From an uncultured Gammaproteobacteria bacterium (lineage in GTDB: Bacteria > Pseudomonadota > Gammaproteobacteria > UBA9214): a DNA stretch of 64,000 nt. Positions within the stretch are counted from its first letter, which is position 1; every line of letters starts with the position of its first letter. The stretch lies in the NCBI GenBank assembly GCA_963748215.1, contig CAVVHS010000004.1, forward strand, positions 38,737 through 102,736, written 5' to 3'. Positions 63,304-64,000 of the stretch are shown here, in pieces. Made by a program: the position numbers and the translations under genes. The notes beneath the pieces are model-generated. The model saw only the letters and a program-made list of their open reading frames with translations. It was not told the origin of the DNA and ran no database searches.

Positions 63304-63733
63304 GTGCGGATAACCAGAACCATTTTCACAGTTGCAGTGCTGCTGTTGGCTTCGAATGCATCGGCCATCGATGAAGATATCAGGCAAATGGTTCAGCTGC
63401 CGGAGATGATGCAGCAACACATGATGTCTAACATGCGGGATCATTTGGCGGCAATCAAGCGAAATTTTATTGAAAATGGCCAACGGCGAACTGGAGCAGG
63501 CAGCAGAGATTGCCGAATCGCGTCTCGGCATGAGTTCGCTGGAGTCTCACGGAGCGAGCCACATGGCCGGCTTCATGCCTGAAGGAATGCGCAGCAATGG
63601 CACCGCCATGCACAGGGCTGCCAGCCGTTTTGCGTTGAAGGCCCAGGAGGGCGAGTCATTACCAGCATACAAGGCACTGTCTGAAGTCACGTCGGCATGT
63701 GTTGCCTGTCATTCAGCCTATCGAATTCGATGA
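63304..63733 (+). CDS. Exported cytochrome c (c'-like, C-terminal CxxCH), +1 frameshift near 63458 (cassette 4)
   Basis: Signal peptide, Met-rich helix, ESRLGMSS, CVACH. Confidence 0.75.
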
Positions 63734-64000
63734 AGGGGATTTCGCCGGTCTTACCCTGCAAACACAACCCTCTCGGCACGCCATTGCTATTCATCTACAA
63801 CCGTTCCACCCTGTTTGTTATCAACAGCGCGAATTGCGTTGTCGACCCAACCCGCTAGCGGACAGTCATGCACCTGTCCCGTCCTGGCGGGCCATGCAGA
63901 CCGCCCCGGCAGGGTGATCACCGACCCGGAAGGGAGTAAAGTATGACTGGCTTGCGTGCGAAACACCGGCCAGAACGATGCTGACATTCATGACAACCGC

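Overview
GC-rich chromosomal segment of a gammaproteobacterium; the assembly is probably long-read, since five genes carry single +1 indels. Core content: TPP riboswitch-thiC, pcm-rhodanese-tolC, an LPS/surface-glycan region (waaA, lpxL, rfbFGC, several methyl- and glycosyltransferases, msbA), ilvE-glnE, three PilT/PilU ATPases, proC-yggT-yggU, a metX/metW deletion scar, ampG, xth, pyrE, argB, algC, dut, coaBC, radC, rpmB-rpmG, a hydantoinase/oxoprolinase, a Gld-like ABC system and mutM. The window ends in an integrase-less integron cassette array hit by a truncated attC-targeting IS1111-type element. The most unusual signal is non-coding. The intergenic spaces hold many families of short palindromic or tandem repeats, and among them are 42-, 47- and 51-bp hairpin units seen both present and absent at homologous sites. 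They insert without target duplication and nest in each other: 42 bp into the GGA loops of the 51-bp unit, and the 51-bp unit into a REP arm or a MITE. No mobilising enzyme for them is visible in the window. All assignments are by eye; no searches were run.
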